DNA of 64,000 bases from the human T2T-CHM13v2.0 reference genome, Homo sapiens, in assembly GCF_009914755.1 (NCBI RefSeq), contig NC_060926.1; one strand, given 5' to 3'. Position 1 is the first letter of the stretch. Each line of letters begins with the position of its first letter. A program made the position numbers and the translations under genes. Of the stretch, positions 61,179-64,000 are shown piece after piece. The notes under the pieces were generated by a model. That model had not been told where the DNA came from, did no database searches, and saw only the letters and a list, made by a program, of their open reading frames with translations.

Positions 61179-61390
61179 TAGTGGTTCTCAGACAAGGGCA
61201 ATTTCATCCCCAAGGGCTTTTTGGTGAAGTCTGAAGATAGTTTTGGTGGAGGAGTGCATGGGCAATGCTGCTGGCATCCAGTGGCTAGTGGTCAGGCATG
61301 TGGCTAAAAGTCATACAATACATAGCAAAGCTTCTTACAACATAGAATCATCCAGCAGACTGTCAACAGCACTAACACTGGCAAACCTGA
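61179..61390 (+). mobile_element. MER20
   Basis: tagtggttctca...gcaatttcatccccaaggg...tgctgctggcatccagtggctagtggtcaggcatgtggctaaa...tgtcaacag. Confidence 0.72.
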
Positions 61391-61399
61391 GCTGGTGCA

Positions 61400-61942
61400 T
61401 GCTGGTTCAACAAATAATCACCAAATCTTAGCAGCTTGTAAGACAAAAGTTTACTTCCCATGTGTGCTATGTCTCTATTGCATGTTGGCTTATGGCTCTG
61501 CTGCATGTGCCTTCCTGGCAGAATCCAGCCACCACTTGGAACATCACCAGTTGACATGACACAGTGAAAAGAAATATGTTGAGCAATACACTAACTTTTA
61601 AAGCTCCTCAAAGAAATGACATCCATCTCCCCATCTACATTTCATTTGCCAAAGCGAGTGCCCTCGTCTATTGGTTAGTTATTACCGCATAACAAATTAC
61701 CTCAGAATTTAGTGTCTTAAAACTATGCAGACTTACTTTCTGCTAGTTTCTACAGATCAGAAAAGGGGCACATCATTGCCTGCTCCTCTTCTTTAGGTTC
61801 TCTCAAGAGCTGCAATCAAGGTATCAGCCAGAACCTCCACCATCTGAAGGTTCAAAAGGGACAGGATCTGATTTTGAGCTCACTCAGTAATTGTTGGGAG
61901 GATCCAGTTCCCCATGGGCTGGTGGACCGAGGGCCTCATCTC
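61400..61942 (-). mobile_element. MLT1-family LTR fragments (two adjacent pieces)
   Basis: ccaaatcttagcagctt...aagtttactt; taacaaattacctcagaatttagtgtcttaaaac...gctgcaatcaaggtatcagcc...catctgaagg. Confidence 0.6.
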
Positions 61943-61944
61943 CC

Positions 61945-62292
61945 TTGTACACATTTACCCGGAGTCTCCAAAGTCCATGTATTGTTCTCAGGCCTTTGCA
62001 TCCTCATAGCTTAGCTCCATTAAAAGTGGGAACATATGATGTTTGGTTTTCCATTCCTGGGTTATTTCACTTAGAATAATGGTCTCCACCTCCATCCAGG
62101 TTGCTGCGAATGCTATTATTTCATTTATTTTTATGACTGAGTAGTATTCCGTGGTGTATACGTATGCCACATTTTCTTTATCCACCTGTTGACTGATGAG
62201 CATTTGGGCTAATTCCATATTTTTGCAATTGTGAATTATGCTGCTATAAACATGTGTGTACAAATGTCTTTTTCATAGAATGACTTCTTTTC
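61945..62292 (-). mobile_element. L1PB-like 3' fragment
   Basis: ORF track TTEYYSVIKINEIIAFAATWMEVETIILSEITQEWKTKHHMF; gcctttgcatcctcatagcttagctcc. Confidence 0.85.
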
Positions 62293-62380
62293 ATAGGACC
62301 TATTTTGAATATCAACATAAGACACCATAATGATAAGTCCAGCATGCAAGGGACTTCTGCGTTTAAAAATACATGTATGG

Positions 62381-62648
62381 TTGGGAGGCCGAGGCAGGCA
62401 GAACACTTGATCCCAGGAATTCAAGATCAGCCTGGGCCACGAGGCAAAACCCTATCTCTATAAAAAATACAAAAATTAACGACATGGTGGCATGTGCCTT
62501 TCCTGCAAGCTACTTGGGAGGCTGAGGTAGGAAGAGCACCTGAGCCCAGGAGATTGAGGTGGCAGTGAGCCATAATAGCACTACTGCACTCCAGCCTGGG
62601 TGACAGAGTAAGACCCTGTCACAATAAAATAAAATAAAATAAAATATA
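62381..62648 (+). mobile_element. 5'-truncated AluJ with (AAAAT)n tail
   Basis: ttgggaggccgaggcagg...ttgatcccaggaattcaag...ctgagcccaggagattgagg...ccagcctgggtgacagagtaagaccctgtc. Confidence 0.88.
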
Positions 62649-64000
62649 AATGTTAATTAATTAATTAGTTAAATGTGTGACTTGTTTAGAACGAGTGGCT
62701 GATATAGCTTTCATGAGCACTCATGTAGATTGCCAATCCCTTTTTGCTGAACTTCCTTGACCTTAAAGCATGGTGAGGTGGGGTAAGTGGGTCTGACTCC
62801 TATCTCTGACCTACACATATAGGTGGAAACAAAACAGAGGATTCCTCCCTAAATGCAGCTAGAAGCAATTAGGTAAAAATTTAATTTAATTTAATTTAAT
62901 GTAGAAATTCCTTTTCTGGTTTCAACATGGTTGGTCTTTCTCTAAGGGTATTAGCTAGAAGTAGGTAACCAGCTGGTCTTCCTCTGCAAGGGCGAGGTGC
63001 TTGAGATGAAAGATGGACAGGCTTCTCCTCAGGCGTATTGCACACGAATACTTTTATAGGTGAGCTATCCTGAGCTCACCTGGTAGCTGTAGGCTCTCCT
63101 AAGCATAGTGTAGTCCACAGGAAGCTTCTCAAGAGTGTGGTCAGCAATGGTGGGTCTATGACACATTACTTTCCTGTCCTCACTCCTCTTACATTACTCT
63201 TGCTTGATAATTCCTTAAGATTTCCATTAGTTGAATGTCATTTTCTGTGATTTCTCCTAATGAGGACAGAAATTTCTTGTCCAAATTTCCTGTGCTATCT
63301 CTACAGAAATTTGAAAATAGGGGAGATTCTAAAACCTTTACCAGCCATACTTCATTTTCCAGAACATACTACATTGTTACATAGAAAGAGCTAGAAATAA
63401 AACAGATATACCATAGATAGCCATCAGTTTCTCTTTCTCTGTGTTTATCTATATGAAGGTTATAGATGGATATTTATAGAAACAGACCAAATGGTTAATG
63501 GTTGTTAACTTTGTGTAGTAGAATAATATGCTTCTTTTTTCAAAAGATCTATTTATACATTTAAATTTTCTTCCTATGATCAAGGAATGCTTTTATACTA
63601 AGTAAAAAAAAAATACAATTTTTCTTTAATTTAAACAAATAATAGAATCACGGCATGCAATTTATCTGGGGACTGTGCATCTAACAGAGGAGCTATTTTA
63701 AACTAAAGGGATACCAAGAAATCAGGAGCTTTTGAAGATTCACTTTAAAGTGTTGCTACTCATGCTTAACAAAAATGTTTCTACCTAGCAAATTAATGTA
63801 CAATGTGTATGCACACTAGAAATTTATTTTGGGACAATCATAAGAAACTCTATTTTATACTGCTCCTAAGTTTGCAAATCGCTTTGAAATCTCATTTTAT
63901 TTCATCATTCAAATGACCAGATTAAAGAAAGGTCAAGTTTTATTAACCTTGTTTGGATGTGGAAAGAAGCACAAAGCATCCCATGATAGGCACTGAGAGC

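Overview
AT-rich, CpG-depleted primate (human-like) genomic DNA, either intergenic or deep intronic, and dominated by interspersed repeats. I recognise no cellular protein-coding gene, RNA gene, CpG island or CRISPR array. The largest feature is a near-full-length L1PA element (L1PA4-6 type, about 42354-48504) with a 14-bp target-site duplication (TSD). Its 5' ~4.2 kb is inverted (twin-priming structure). The breakpoint lies just after the RT FADD codons, and the junction truncates the YY1 site. The rest comprises about 10 Alus plus a FLAM, MaLR/ERVL LTRs, old L1M/L2/MIR fragments, a dense hAT cluster (MER5A/MER20/MER81, 14.3-18.3 kb) and a MER6-type Tigger. Non-repeat signals worth checking are two phase-0 candidate exons on the minus strand (a 30-nt microexon at 36035-36064 and a 168-nt exon at 6753-6920), a complex local duplication at 34.3-34.9 kb, a head-to-head Alu pair about 21 bp apart and several perfect short hairpins. 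Repeat subfamily names come from recalled consensus sequences, not from a search. I see no convincing evidence of a wholly new biological system; the findings are leads.
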